Program-made: the position numbers and the translations under genes
The notes under the pieces: model-generated
What the model was told of the DNA's origin: nothing
The model's input: the letters and a program-made list of their open reading frames with translations, nothing else
Databases searched by the model: none
In this document: positions 38,558 through 51,792 of the stretch, in pieces
Numbering within the stretch: the stretch's first letter is position 1
How the letters are laid out: each line of letters opens with the position of its first letter
DNA from: Mobula hypostoma
Lineage: Eukaryota
Length of the DNA: 64,000 bases
Direction: 5' to 3'
Assembly (NCBI RefSeq): GCF_963921235.1
Contig: NC_086097.1
Location: 23,748,001 to 23,812,000, forward strand

Positions 38558-38915
38558 AGGACCTCCTTTGGTCAGGTTTGACCATGGATGTGTCTCAGCG
38601 GTCTACGTGATAAGCAAGCCAGGACAGAATGGTATGTCCATGTAGCAAGCTGTACCTCTCCACACAGCTGATGAGTCCAAAGGCACGCCAGACACCAATA
38701 CAGTTTGGCACCAGTGACATCACAGGAGTTGCCAGTCAGCATTGAACTCAATGTAGGATTGCCTTAGGGACTCCAGTTCTGGATTTTTCCATCGGGGTTT
38801 ACTCCTGAGGCCTTCTCCATGAGTGGGTACAGCTGCAAAGCAGCAGAGGTTTGAGATTGGAGTTTTCCTTCTCCTAGGTGAGATGCCAACCATGGCCGAT
38901 GAGCCCCACTTACCC
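38558..38915 (-). mobile_element. Non-autonomous RTE-derived element
   Basis: Minus-strand head GGCTCATCGGCC...CTAGGAGAAGGAAAACTCC...AAACC, shared with 57460-57652. Confidence 0.7.
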
Positions 38916-39965
38916 TAAGCCCGCTAGACTTTCCTCCAATAATTATATCTCCTTGTATTAGTCATTTCCAACCTGAGATAAAGATCTCTGCCTGTCCAAT
39001 CAATTTATGATCTTGTACACCAACGTCTTCTTCATCTGATGTTAGATATCTTTCTGCAATGTACAACTGCTGCAAACGTGCTTTTTGTTACTCAGCAGCC
39101 TTTGCTGTCTTCTGTCACTTGGCTCCATCAGCCCTTTTTTGCCTTTTCCTTCCCTCCATCTTGTCGCAAACCTTCCCTTTTGTTCCCTCCTCCCTACCAT
39201 TGCTCTCTCTGCATGTTAATAGTTGTTCCATCCCTGATGTTTTCCAGCTCTATGAAAGGTCATGGACCAGAAACAATAACTCTCTTTCACTCTCCACAGA
39301 TGTTGCCTGCTCTGCTGAGTATTTGCAGCATTTTGTAATTAATATAATATTTCTTTCATCTGTCTATTTATGACCTTTTCCTTGGCTTTGTCTCCAACAG
39401 AACAATAACCAGTTATTCTGGACTTCTGCAATTTTTGTTCCTCCAGTTTATTTACAAGCTTGCTATTTGGAATATCGTTCATTTTCATGCTTTCTCCCCC
39501 GAAATATGATCATTCACCTTTCACTGCATCAAAATGTAACTACCACCTGAGCACCCTTTATTACAACTATTTGTAATCTCTGGCACTCTTCCAGCAGTCT
39601 ATTTTTTAAAAATATTTCGGTATCACTGATCGTCTGCCTGTTTCCAATGCATTTAAGTTAAGATAGATGAAAAATAAATAAAAGTCCAGCCCTGCTCCTC
39701 AGAGATACATAGTCACTGATACTGAACTCCCAGAATTAAGGGCTCTGCACATCCACCACAATTTGCTTGACATTTGAGCATGAGAACAAATGGAACTCCC
39801 AGACAAAGGCAAAGGTGTTCACTTATTTTACTTCTCTGTGAAGAAAAGATGATGCATTAATAGAGGCACAGTTAGGGTGTATCATCTGCAGCTACTTGTT
39901 CCCTCTACCTGTCATCTTCCAGCCTCTGTCAGTAATACCACTCTCCCCTTCTCCATCTAATTATT

Positions 39966-40394
39966 CATTGTCGTCGTCGTCGTGGCTATGCCTCAGGGTC
40001 GAGGATGATGGTCTTTGTTCTGAAGAAGTGGCCCACAGAGTGAAGAGGCCTGTGTGTGTATTTGTTTAACGTGTACTTGATGCTGCACTCCAAGAAGCAC
40101 ACGATACTTCACAAATCAACCAACTGATTCCAATGGCATGGAAACCACGACAATTGGAGCTGGTAGATTTGTTGCAGCCTTCATACACCTTCACAGCCAT
40201 TGAGTTCGAAGTAACTTTGTCTGCCTGTTCCACCGTTGAGGTCTTGGTTAGATTGCTCTTTGTCAGGGACCTCACCCTCGACCTTACCGCCATGGGTGAC
40301 CCTACCAGGAGCATAGCTCCAGATGGCATCGCTCTCGGGATCACAGGACCACACAAGCCTCTCCACCACGACAAGGTGACAATCCACGGAGAAG
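39966..40394 (-). mobile_element. Full-length non-autonomous RTE (Expander/BovB-type) element
   Basis: Perfect 11-bp TSD ATCTAATTATT (39955-39965, 40395-40405); (GAC)n tail; 5' CACCTTGTCGTGGTGGAGAGG...GGTAGGGTCACCCATGG typical of RTE 5' UTRs. Confidence 0.85.
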
Positions 40395-41705
40395 ATCTAA
40401 TTATTATCAAATTATGTATGTATCACTGTATACTACCTTGAGATACATTTTCTTGTGTGCATTTATAGTATAATAATGAAATACAACAGAATTTTATGAG
40501 GAAAAACTGTAAATAACAATCAAGCAATGTGCAAAAGAAGACACATTGTGCAAATAATTTAAAATTAAAAATATATATAATATTGAGACCATGAGTTGCA
40601 GAGTCCTTGAAGGTGAGTCCATTGGTTGTGGAATCAGCTCAACGTTGAGGTGAGTGAAGTTATTCACTCTGGTTCAGGATCCCGATGGTTGTAGGGTAAT
40701 AAATGTTTCTGAACATGGATCCACCTATCATTTGCCAGTTCACCCCTCCCCATCACCACTTTTCACTGGCCAGCTCCCCCTCAATCTTTCGGTGCAGAGG
40801 AAGAATCTTGCCCCGAAATGTTAACTGTCAGTTTTTCTTCACAGATCTTGCCTGACCCATTGAGTTCCTCCAGCTTCTTGATTGTTGCTCCAAATTTCAT
40901 CACCTTCAATTCCGTGTATCATATTTAATATTTTGTTCCAAGCCCTTATCTCTTTGTCATTTCCACCAGGTAAATGCCAGGACCACGAATCTTGCTCACA
41001 ATTCTCTGATGTGACTTCATAAAGTATTATGTGGAATTTATAGCTCAGCGAATTCAGTCCAAGTGGCCTACACTGGTATTTATGCTCCACACAAACCTTA
41101 TCAAACTCCACTCCACAGCACATCTCATCAATAAATCTCCAAGGCAATTTGCCTCTCACTTCTGTCGGTTAAACTTTTGTCCAGTTAACTCCTCGTGAAG
41201 TTGTAAAGATTTATAAAGAGTTCACAATCAAGTTTAATATCTCAGGCATATATTGCGAAATTTGCTTTATTTGTCACATGTACATCAAAACATCAAAACT
41301 CACAGTGAAATGTGTTGTTTGCATCAATGGCAATTCAGTCCGAGGATTTGCTTAGGGCAGCCTTCAAGTGTTGCCAGACTTCCAATGCCAACAAAGCATG
41401 CTCCACCATTTACCTAACCTGTATGTCTTTGGAATGTGGGAGGAAACTGGAACATCTGGAAGAAACCTATGTGATCATCAGGAGGTTAGAGACAGTGGCA
41501 GGAATTGAACCCCAATCTTAGAACTGTTGCAGTAAAGTGTTACACTAACCTCAATGCTACTCCGCTGCCCCTGGCAGGGGAAGGCTTGTTGGGCAGTGAG
41601 GGTAAAATATATCAAAACTGAAGTCTTAAGCACACTCTGAAAAAGCTGTGGTGTGACATCCAAGAGGTTCCCTTTCCCTGTATAGTCTTCAGTTTTCTTA
41701 GCAAA

Positions 41706-41782
41706 GGGATTCTGAACCTAGGGTCCACAGACCCCTCGGTTAATGGTGAGGGTCCATGGCATTAAAAAGGTTGGCACCCCTG
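41706..41782. mobile_element. hAT-type mini-MITE
   Basis: Same family as 11743 and 43352; ends GGTTGGCACCCCTG. Confidence 0.65.
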
Positions 41783-42587
41783 CCTTAAAATACGTTTTTC
41801 ACTACAAGTCTATGATACTTCTCTCTGTTTTCTCATACTTCTATAACATTCTATATTCTCAGACTTGGAAATGTGTAAATAAGCACCAATCTCTGATATC
41901 TGGGTTGGCATGCAAGCATAGCAGTGAGCATTGTGCTAATATAGTGCCAGCAAATCAAGTTCAATTCCGTTGCTGTTTGTGAGGAATTTGTGAGCTCTCC
42001 CCATGACTGCGTGGGTTTTCCATGGGTGTACTCTAGAAGGCAAGGTTTTCCCAGCATATCACAACTTGTCTCTCTTGACAGAGGTGTAACATTGCTCTGG
42101 CACCATGTGGCATTCCTAGTCATGTATCATCAGTAAGATTTGGTCCCAAAGTCCTCAGCTCACTGGAGAGCCCACCATCCAGGATCTGCTGACTTATTTT
42201 TGTTAAGGTACAATTAACTTTCTTTTGAACATTTATCTTCAGTAGATGATCTTTAACATCCGCCTCGGGTCCTCCTACACTCTCATTTTCAACCACCTCT
42301 GTAAAAACATTTTGAAGATGCGTATTAAGTATCACTGCCATTCTGACAGCCGTCTTTGTTCCACCTCTTCTTTGAGTATCCTATTACTTCTTGTGTGATT
42401 ATTAAAGCCTTTGTTATTTCTCTTTATGTTGATTACCAATTATCTGTTGTACTCCTTCTCATCCACTTTCAGTGTGAATGTAGTTAGATAATTGCCCTGT
42501 TTTTCAAATGATCATCCACCTATAGGTCATTCTTCTCATGGAGTCACATAGCACCTGCAAAAAAAATTTGTTCTGATTAAGGTAAGA

Positions 42588-42850
42588 TTTAAGAATAGCT
42601 TTATTTGTCACATATACATTGAAACATACAGTGAAATGCGTCATTTGTGTCACATCAAAGCAGCAAGGATTGGGCTGGGCAAGTGTCACTATGCTTCCTG
42701 TGCCAACAGAGCAAGCTGACAACTCTCTAACCCTCTCTATACATCTTTGGACTGTGGGAGGAAACCGGAGCACCTGGAGGAAACCCATGTCATCACGGAG
42801 GGGTTGTACAAACTCCTCACAGAGAGCAATGGAATTGACCCCAGGTCGTG
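42588..42850 (-). mobile_element. V-SINE
   Basis: Antisense V-domain GTGGGAGGAAACCGGAGCACCTGGAGGAAACCCA. Confidence 0.75.
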
Positions 42851-43351
42851 CCAAAGTTTCCAAGTTGTTCCAGTTAGTTGTTCTTTTTCCTTAATATTAT
42901 GATGGAAGTAGTGGATTTGGACAACAGGGAATGCTCTGGAAAGGTAGCACAGCTTTAATGGACTAAATAGTTAATATATATCTCTTGTTAAGCATTGTGG
43001 AACATGAGAAATATGATATATTAGATATAGGTGTGCTCCATCCACAGAGTGCACTGCAGTGATCTGACAGGACGTCTTTGGCCGTACTTCAAGCTGCAAA
43101 CAATATTATACGATACAATAACATTGTTTATATTTGGAAGTTATTTGACAGGCCGTGCATTTCGCTTGTCAAGTCCAGATATGAACAGAGCCTAAGTAAA
43201 AAGTGCCCACATTTAGAAAATTGAAAATTAAAATTTGTAAATTGAAATCTGCAATATGGAGATATACATAGTGAAGCAAGTACTCAAGTTTCCCCAATGA
43301 AACTATTAAAGGAGGGTGAATGTGAAGAAGATGTTTTTGATCAGTATATGT

Positions 43352-43428
43352 CAGGAGATCCCCTGGGGTCCATGGGCCTCTTGATTAATGGTATTGGTCC
43401 ATAGCATGAAAAAGGTTGTGAACCCCTG
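43352..43428. mobile_element. hAT-type mini-MITE
   Basis: CAGG...CCTG ends; 8-bp TSD GTATATGT / GTATATAT. Confidence 0.75.
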
Positions 43429-44570
43429 GTATATATCTTACTAGAGGTAGTTATTATTAACTATGCACAGCACAAGCCTGACCAGTAATCTGGATCAGTT
43501 TCACAAAACAAAATAGCCAAGTTTGCTTCATGACTGTTCAATTGATTTTCTTTTTAATTGTTTGTTTTCAATGATCTTTTTCACTCAGCTGCTCTTGTTT
43601 CTCTTTCCTGAATCCACAGAGCCAAGGATCTATATAGCACAGAAATGGACCTGCATGCGGGCATTCCAAAAGTAATGTCATCACTCTGATTCTTCCTTAT
43701 AAGGGCATATCTTCCTCTGCCTTAAGTGTGTGTCTCCATTTCCCTTCAAAGATGATCCAGTAATCATCCCTAATGACATGGCATTAACTTTCCAACACAA
43801 CTTCAAGTAAATTATTTCTACATATCTGGCCTGGGTTTTGACGTCAAGGTTCTTAAAATAGTGAAATGCACTAAAATTGAGTAGAGATTTCAGGATGGAC
43901 CAACGAAGAACAGCAGGAAGTAAATCAAAAGCGTATTTTGGTGAGCAGTTAATAGTTGTTTTGTTGAAACCAGCAAGTAAGCGATAGAGGGAAAAAAAAC
44001 CTTTGGAGTGATCAATATGCATCAATCTGTCTAGCTTTCTGAACAGTCGAGCAATTGCATTTGTTGTCAAAACTTTTATATTCCTTCCTAAACAGACCTG
44101 AATAGCCAGTCAATGAAATTACAATTCATTTTTTGACAAATAGATACCAGGTACAAGATACATCTTCAATTTTGATGTTAAACCTGGCAGGAAGATAAAC
44201 ACAAATTCAACAATACAGGTTCCCCATGATAACTGGTACAATTTCTGTCCATGTCACCAGAAAAATACGAATATTTGTCACCATAAAAAATCTCACTGAT
44301 CTGAGATATTTACTCCATTTCTTTGTCCACAAAGGCTGCAGGCTCTGCTTTGCCTTTTGAGTGTTTTTTTATATTGGAGGGAAGGATGACTTCAGAGTAG
44401 GTTAAAAGTTTGGCACAACATCATGGGGCGAAGGGGCCCCCCCCCCCCCCCGTGCTGTAGTGTTGTATATTTTACATTGTATGTTCAATGATGTTAGAAG
44501 AAACTTCTTTACCCATAGAGTTGTGGCAATGTGGAACACACCATCACGGAGAGAGACGGAGATTATTATA

Positions 44571-44980
44571 CACTCAGTGGCCAATATATTACGTACACCC
44601 ATACACTTATTCATTAATGTAAATATTTAATCAACCAGTCATGCTAAATAGGATGGTTCGAGAATCTCAGAAACTGCTGATCTCCTGGGTTTTTTCAAAC
44701 ATCTGTCTCTAGAGAGAATGGTACGAAAAACAAAAAGAAAACATCCAGTGAGCAGCAATCTATGGGTGAAGATGCCTTGTTTATGAGAGAGGTTAGAGGA
44801 CAATGGTTGGACTGGTTCAAGCTGACAGGAAGATGACAGTAACTCAAATAATCATGTGTTACAACAATAGTGTACAGAAGAGCATCTCTGAACACAAAAC
44901 GCATCAAACCTTGAAGTGGATGTGCTACAGCAGCGGACCATTAACATACAGGATGTATCTAATAAAGTGATAACTAACTG
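44571..44980 (+). mobile_element. Non-autonomous Tc1-like element
   Basis: TA-CACTCAGTGGCCA TIR; HTH remnant GLVQADRKMTVTQII..YN..VQKSISE. Confidence 0.8.
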
Positions 44981-45399
44981 TACGTTGTATGTTAGTGATG
45001 CCAGAAGAATTTTCTTCACCCAAAAAGTAGGGCCAGTGTGGAGCTCGCCACCATAGAGAAAGATTGCGATGAATAGCATAGCCACATTTAAGGGGAAGCC
45101 TTACAGCAGAAGGGGCAGAAGGGAATGAAGAGTTATGTTCATAGATTTGGAAGATGGAAAAGATGACGCTGGCAATATATGATGATGTTTTATGGGCAGC
45201 TCACAAGGGAAGGACACTCAAGTAAAGCACAGACATTGCCATGTCTGGTCTTTTTGCACCATATACCCCATGGGGACCTCTCTGTAAAAATAGATGAATG
45301 TAGTTTTAGAGAATGTATGGTGCGAGCATTGAATTGCATATTCAGGAAGAATGCAAAGTGGTCAACGGAAAAGTGACAAAAACCAATGAGGAGAACAAA

Positions 45400-45990
45400 G
45401 AGATGCATGAAATTAAATTATCCAAGAAAATAACATAGTACAGTATTTTACAGTACTATAAAAGCAAGGTTAATATGGGAATGCAAAGGTAATAACAATA
45501 AAAAGATGGCAGAGATATTATATCACTATTTTACACATGCGCTTAACAGGGATGTAGTTCATATGGATTTGACATGGGATGATGAGATGATAATGAGATA
45601 ATTTCATTTAAAATAGGAAAAGGATTTATGTTAAATAACCTCATCAAACTTAAAGAAGATAAAATCCATCAGTCTGGGTGGATTGCATCCACAGATTTTA
45701 GAAGTATCTAGGGAAGAGATAGCATAGGCAGTATTACACATACTTAATAATTCATTAGTAAAAGTTGATTGCCAGAGGCTGGCGATTAGCTAATGTAATA
45801 ACTAAATTTAAGAAAATTCCCATGGAATTGCAGACCAATTGGTTCAACGTCAGTGGTGGAGTGAAGGAATCTCAAGAAACGGTAAGTGTAATAATGAAGA
45901 GCCAGCATAGATTTCAATAAGGAAGGTCTTGCCTAATCCATTCCATTCAATTTTTGGACGAGTTAATGGGGAGAATTAACCAAGGTGATT
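45400..45990 (+). mobile_element. Very old CR1 ORF2 (RT N-terminus) relic
   Basis: Degenerate W..ANV, N.RPI..TSVV and SQH.F..G.SCL motifs. Confidence 0.55.
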
Positions 45991-46091
45991 CATTGAATAC
46001 GGAGGGAAAGCCATCACTTGTGCAGAAGAGCTAACTGCTGTGATCACAGGATAGTCACCAAACAGTTCCAAAAGAAATTTCAAAACTCAGC

Positions 46092-46392
46092 GAGCAGCAC
46101 TATGCCACAGTTGATAGAGCCGTTGCCTTAGTGCCTCAGTAATCGAGGTTTGATTCTGACCTCCGGTGTTGCTTGTGTTGAGTTTGTACATCCTTCGTAT
46201 AAGTGAGTATGAGTTTCCCTGGGTGCACCAGTTTCCAGCCACTTTGCAAAGATGAACTGGTAGGCAGCTTAGGTGACCATGGTAAATTGCCTCAAGAGTT
46301 GAAGGAACAATAAAAAGGGATTAGTTTTGGGCCTGGCATGGTGGGTGTTTGTTCATGGTCTAAAGGGCATGAGCTCCTTTTGTTTGACTCCA
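46092..46392 (+). mobile_element. V-SINE
   Basis: GGTTTGATTCTGACC B box plus V-domain. Confidence 0.65.
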
Positions 46393-46711
46393 TGGCATAT
46401 ACTTTTGGGACATTTAAGACACTCGTATATAGGCACATGGTAGATGGAGGGCTATATAGGAAGGAAGGGTTAGATTGACCTTAGAGTAGCTTAAAAGGTC
46501 AGCACATTGTAGGCCAAAAGGCCTCTACTAAGCAATAATGTTCAACACCCAGTGGCCACTTTATTAGGTATACCTGTACACCTGCTAATGCGATTATCTA
46601 ATCAGCCCATATGAGACAAAGGTTAGTGGCAGGAGGGTATTATTATGGCTAAGTCCGTGACCAGTTGAGTTCCACAGAGATCAGTGCTGGGACCTCTGTT
46701 CTTCATGATAT

Positions 46712-47342
46712 ACAGTTAGTGGCCACTTTATTAGGTACACCAGTACACCAACTCTTTAGTGCAAAATTGAATCAATCAATTATGTGGCAGCAACACGATG
46801 CATAAAAGCATGCAGGCATGGTCAAGAGGTTCAGTTGCTGACCAGACTAAACTTCAGAATAGGAGATAAATGTGAGCTAATTGACTAACCATGCAATGAT
46901 TGTTGATGCTAGTTGGGATAGTTTGAGTATCTCACTGCTGATCTAGGATTTTCATGCATCTTCTAGAGCAGGGTTCCCAAACTTTTTCATGCCATGGACC
47001 AATACCATTAAGCAAGTGGTCCATGGACCCCAAGTTGGGATCTCCTGCTCCAGAATATACAGAGGATGGTATGAAAAACTAAAAAAAATCTTGTGAGTGG
47101 CAGTTCTGTGTGTGAAAACACCTTGGAAATGAGAGGTCAGAGGAGAATGCCCAGACTGGTTGAAACTGACAGGAAGGTGTCAGTAACTCAGATAAGCATA
47201 TGTTACAACAATGTTGTGCAGAAGAGCATCTGTGAATACACAATAAGTCGAACATTGAAGTGGATGGTCTACAGCAGCAGATGTCCACGAGCATTCACTC
47301 AGTGGCCACTGTTAGGTACCTAATAGAGTGGTAACTGAGTGT
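46712..47342 (+). mobile_element. Non-autonomous Tc1-like element with nested hAT mini-MITE (46969-47047)
   Basis: TIR AGTGGCCACTTTATTAGGTACACC; ORF 47093..47323 RGQRRMPRLVETDRKVSVTQI...KSICE.TISRTLKWM is a Tc1 HTH. Confidence 0.85.
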
Positions 47343-48667
47343 ATGTTCTATGTTCAATGATTCCAGAAAAAGCTTCTTTACCTAAAAAGTGGTGCCAATA
47401 TGGAATTGACCAGCCACAGAGTGTGATTGAGATGGATAGCATGGCTGTATTTAAGGGGAGGTCTGGCCTTACAAGCAGAAGAAAGAGGAGGGACTGGAGG
47501 GTTATGTTCATCGATTTGGAAGAGTAAAGAGATGGCGCTGGTAATATGATGATTCGAGTGTCTCATAGCCTGCCGATCTTCAGGGATTTTCACACATATC
47601 AGTCTCTCAAGTATATAGGCATCATTTTGTGGGCAGCTCACAAGGGAAGAACATTTAAGTGAAGCACAAACTTTGCCATGACTGGTCATGTTGTGCCATA
47701 CACCCCATGTAATTCATTGTAGTATTAGACCAATGATGTTGCAAGTATTGTATCAAGAATGCAATGGTGCATTTGTACAGAATCTATCACTTAATTCTTG
47801 GTAGTTTAACAACTCTTGCTTTTGAGAGTTATTGAAGAGCATTTGCACAGATAGGTATCAATACTCTCTTATTGTTCAACACTCATCAGCAGCTGAATGT
47901 CAGGAAGTAAATTTTTGAAATTTTTGAATTTGGACGTTTTTTTCTTGACTGTGCATAATTCACCTTGTGTTTCTGGGTTCAGATCCCAGTGCAATTGTAT
48001 ACAGCACAGTAGCATAGTGTTAGTCATACTGTGCTAGCTAAAGCTGAGGGTCTGAATGCAGAGTCGGCTGTAGACTGATTGAGTGAGAATACACCTGGCA
48101 AGTGCAGTGCGTAAACGTGTAAAGATGGAGCATACTTTCACGATAGCTAACTGGCAGTTGTCTCTGAAATCACAGCTGGCACGATCCAAGTCAATATCAG
48201 GATGGCAGCCAGTGCAAATCAGTGGAAGTCAAATAAGATTTGTTGTGAATTAAGAAACTGACAGGAAGCTTTGCATGAGTTCAAACTCAGAGAAGGTGTA
48301 AGATCCCTATCATCCCATTGAATTGAATCTGGGACAATCCTGTGAGGAATCCTTGAGGGAAATTATTGAAGCGCTAAGAACTGCGTTCACGTTTTCCACT
48401 GAACGCTTCAGTTTTGTCATGATACGAAGACTCAACCTGGTAAAGTGACCCGAGCACCATCTGTTCCTTTCAGCTGGTTGAGGGAGGGGGGCATTGTGTG
48501 TATGGACGTATCAAACAACAATTAACACAGAATGCTGCAGGTGCATTGGTGGGAGAATCAAGCAATGAAACCTGCAGGCATATTGAAATGCGGGAATATC
48601 AATCCTGGAGCAAATATAACAAACTGGCGTAGTTAGCTTGGGCACCAGTGGGATTAATTATGTACGT

Positions 48668-48943
48668 ATTGAGATACAGTGCGGGACAGCCCCTTCCAGC
48701 CCTTTGAGCCACGCCACCCAACAACCCCCAATTTAACCTAGTCTAATCACATGCCAATTTACAATGACCAATTAATCTACCACTGGTCATTTTAGGACTG
48801 CAGGAGAAAACCAGAGCAGCCAGAGGAAACCGACACAGTCATGGGGAGAATGTCACGATCTCCTTACAGTCATGGCAGGAAATGAACCTGGGTCGCTGGT
48901 ACTGTAAAGCATTGTGCTACCCACTACACTAACGTGCTACCCT
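48668..48943 (-). mobile_element. V-SINE (HE1-like)
   Basis: Antisense V-domain and tRNA head (GAACCTGGGTCGCTG...CCACTACACTAACGTGCTACCC). Confidence 0.75.
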
Positions 48944-49194
48944 TAGGTCTGATCCAAAGCGGAGAGAACACTACACGTTATTTAACTACACAAAAAGTCA
49001 AATTCATATTTTTGTCACATGCACAAGTACATGATTGGAGGGGTGCAATGAGAAAACTTACTTGTAGCAGCACCACAGGCCCATAGCATCAGGGACACAA
49101 AATTCACAAGAAAGTCATAAATTAAACAAAATTATGCAGAAGTAACACAAGTTGAACAAAATTGATGGCTCGGGGCCTGTACCACTCAAAATCA

Positions 49195-49680
49195 AATGAA
49201 TGAGGGGTGACCTCATAAAAATTGTCAAATGGTGAAAGTCCTCAACAGAGTAGCTTTGGAGAGGATGTTTCCTCCGGTGAGGGAGTTGAAGACCAAAAGG
49301 CACGGCCTCAGAATGGAGGGAGAGGGGCGACCTTTTATAACGGAGGTGAAGAGGACTTGCTGTAGCCAGAGGGTGGTATAAAATTCATTGCCACAGGTGG
49401 CTGTGGAGGCCAAGTAATTGGGTGTATTTGAGGCAGGGGTTGATATTTTCTTCATTAGCAAGGGTGTCAAATGTTACATGGACAAGGCAGGAAAATGGGC
49501 AGGAAAATGAGAGGGAAAATAAATCAGCCATAATTGAATGGCGGAATAGACTCATAGAACATTCAACAAACAAAACAGTGCAGTAAACCTGCTCCAAGAT
49601 GAATCTAACCCTTCTCCCCACATAGCCTCCATTTTCTTTCAATGGGTAAAATGGCCTAATTCTGCTCTGATATCTTACGA
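49195..49680 (+). mobile_element. CR1 3' end with a small nested insertion
   Basis: MRGDLI...RMFP.V...TKRHGLR and CR1 tail TGGCCTAATTCTGCTC. Confidence 0.75.
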
Positions 49681-50939
49681 TTGTATTTGTGTGATTTGGC
49701 AATATTTACTTTCAGAATGGATGTTCTAGCATGGGAGGTATTCCAATCCAATTCCTTCATACAGTGCAGCACTAGAAGTTATACTTTACATTTAAGGACC
49801 TGATGTGTCCATTGAAAATGTTAAAAATGTGCACTGCATGTAAAGCATCCAAAGTTTAGAACATCCAAACCGAATTCAAGGATTCCAGCTCGGGTTGAAA
49901 ATATTCCTGGACATGTCATTGTATAACCTTGTGCCTCTAGCTAACATGTCCCTCAATTAGTTCCCTGACATGCCACCACTATGGTGGCACCCATGCCACT
50001 AACTGAATAGGTGGACACCTTATTTCCCTATTAAAAGCTTCTTCACAATAATATTTATCTCCAATATCTCTGAGTGTACAGAATAAAAAATACTTTTCAT
50101 AAAAACACTTCGTGATTTTCCTCCAGAGCTTGTCCTCAATAATGTCTTGAAAATTTGGCATTAATTCCAGAGGTTGGCAATCCTCACCTATATTGTCTCA
50201 ATTTAGATCAACAATTGTCTCAAGTTCCTCCTGGGTTAGCACAAAGCAGCAGTGTTCATGAATCTTTCCTCTTTTCCATTCAGCTAAAAGCCTGAGAAAC
50301 CTGCTCATCACAAATTCCAAGCATCTTTTGCCGATCTGCTCCCTGCGGCTTAAAGCAGACGCGTGGAATTATTTACAGCTCTCTGTGAGAAGAGTATCAT
50401 TCCCTGAAACTGTCACCACATTCAAAATGTTTACAGAAATATGCCAACAGGTGCTTCAAAAATAAGATGTTGCTTTGTGTGTGTGTTTTTTTTCCAATTG
50501 TAGCACAATTTTCTTGTGTCTTATCAGCAAATGTATATTTCAAACACAATGTCCTTGGCCCAATGAACCTTAGGAGTCTCATCAATAATCTTCCATCTAT
50601 CATAAGGTCAGATCTTTACACTTGTTTGCACACTATTAACTTTATTTGCATATCTTAATATAGTATATCAACCAATGTCTGCATACAGAAAGACTTGGAT
50701 ATCATTCAGGCATGGACACATGAATAATACGTATTATTGAAGGCACATAATCCCAGGACAATTACCATATTCAACAAGCAAGAATTAACGCATCTCTTTC
50801 TGACGATGCAATTGTTTCATCTACACTCTGGGGTGACCAGTGACAAGCTTAGCAGAGCTGCACTCGTTAGCAGTATGTCCAAAAGAGCAGCTAAGAAACT
50901 GGTATTGAGTGAAGAACAACTCACGTCCTGACTGCAAAA

Positions 50940-51316
50940 GAGAATAAAGAGGGGCTTTATTGAAACCCATCAAATATTGAAAGGCCTAGATAGTGTGGAT
51001 ATGAAGAGGATGTTTCCAGTAGAGGATATAGCCTCAGAATACAGGACATCCCTTGAGAACAGAGATGAAGAGGAATTTCCTTAGCCAGAGGCTGGTGAAC
51101 CTGTGGAATTCATTGCCACAGAATTCATTGTGGATGTCAAGTCATTGGGCATACTTAAAGTGGAGATTGACAAGTTCTTGATTAGTAAGAGCATCGAAGG
51201 TTATGGGGAGAAAGCAGGAGAACGGGGTTGAGAGGAATAATAAATCAGCCATGATGGAATAGTGGAAGAGACTTGCTGGGCTGAATGGCCCAACTCTGCT
51301 CCCGTGTCTCATGGTT
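50940..51316 (+). mobile_element. CR1 3' end
   Basis: ILKGLD.VD..RMFP, EMKRNF.SQRLVNLWNSLP, CR1 tail. Confidence 0.8.
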
Positions 51317-51792
51317 TAAAGCTGTCCACGTGTCTAAACCAGAATTGTCATGGGATGCTTTCTAATCTCCACCATTGAGTACATCTACAAGAAAGTAACA
51401 TCCATCTCCAAAGACTTATACCCTCCAGTCCATGATCTCTACTCACTACTTGCAACATCACTTTAAAATCTTATTTCTAGCATAGGAAAGTACACTGACA
51501 GATTTACTTTCCCTTAGTTTATTGTTTGGAGGAGTAATCCAAAGTTTTGCTTATAAATATTCACACTCAGGCTACTACATTGGGCAGGTGACATAGGTCC
51601 CACACCACCATTTTCAGGAACAGTTTTTATCCTTCAACCATCAGGCATCTGAACTAGCAAGGATAATTTGACTCAACTCTGAACTAATTCCATAACCTAT
51701 GGACTCACTTTCAAGTATGTTCTCAGTATTATTATTTTTAATTGAACAACTTGTCTTCGTTTGCAGATAGGTAGTCATTTCTGGACAGTTTT

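Noticed and set aside
43681..44070. 129-aa minus-strand ORF in unique DNA
   Set aside because: Non-ATG start and no domain resemblance; this length is expected by chance in 64 kb
44432..44451. Poly-C run as a G-quadruplex or regulatory signal
   Set aside because: Homopolymer expansion within a CR1/SINE tail (GGGCGAAGGGGCC...), and its length may be an assembly artefact
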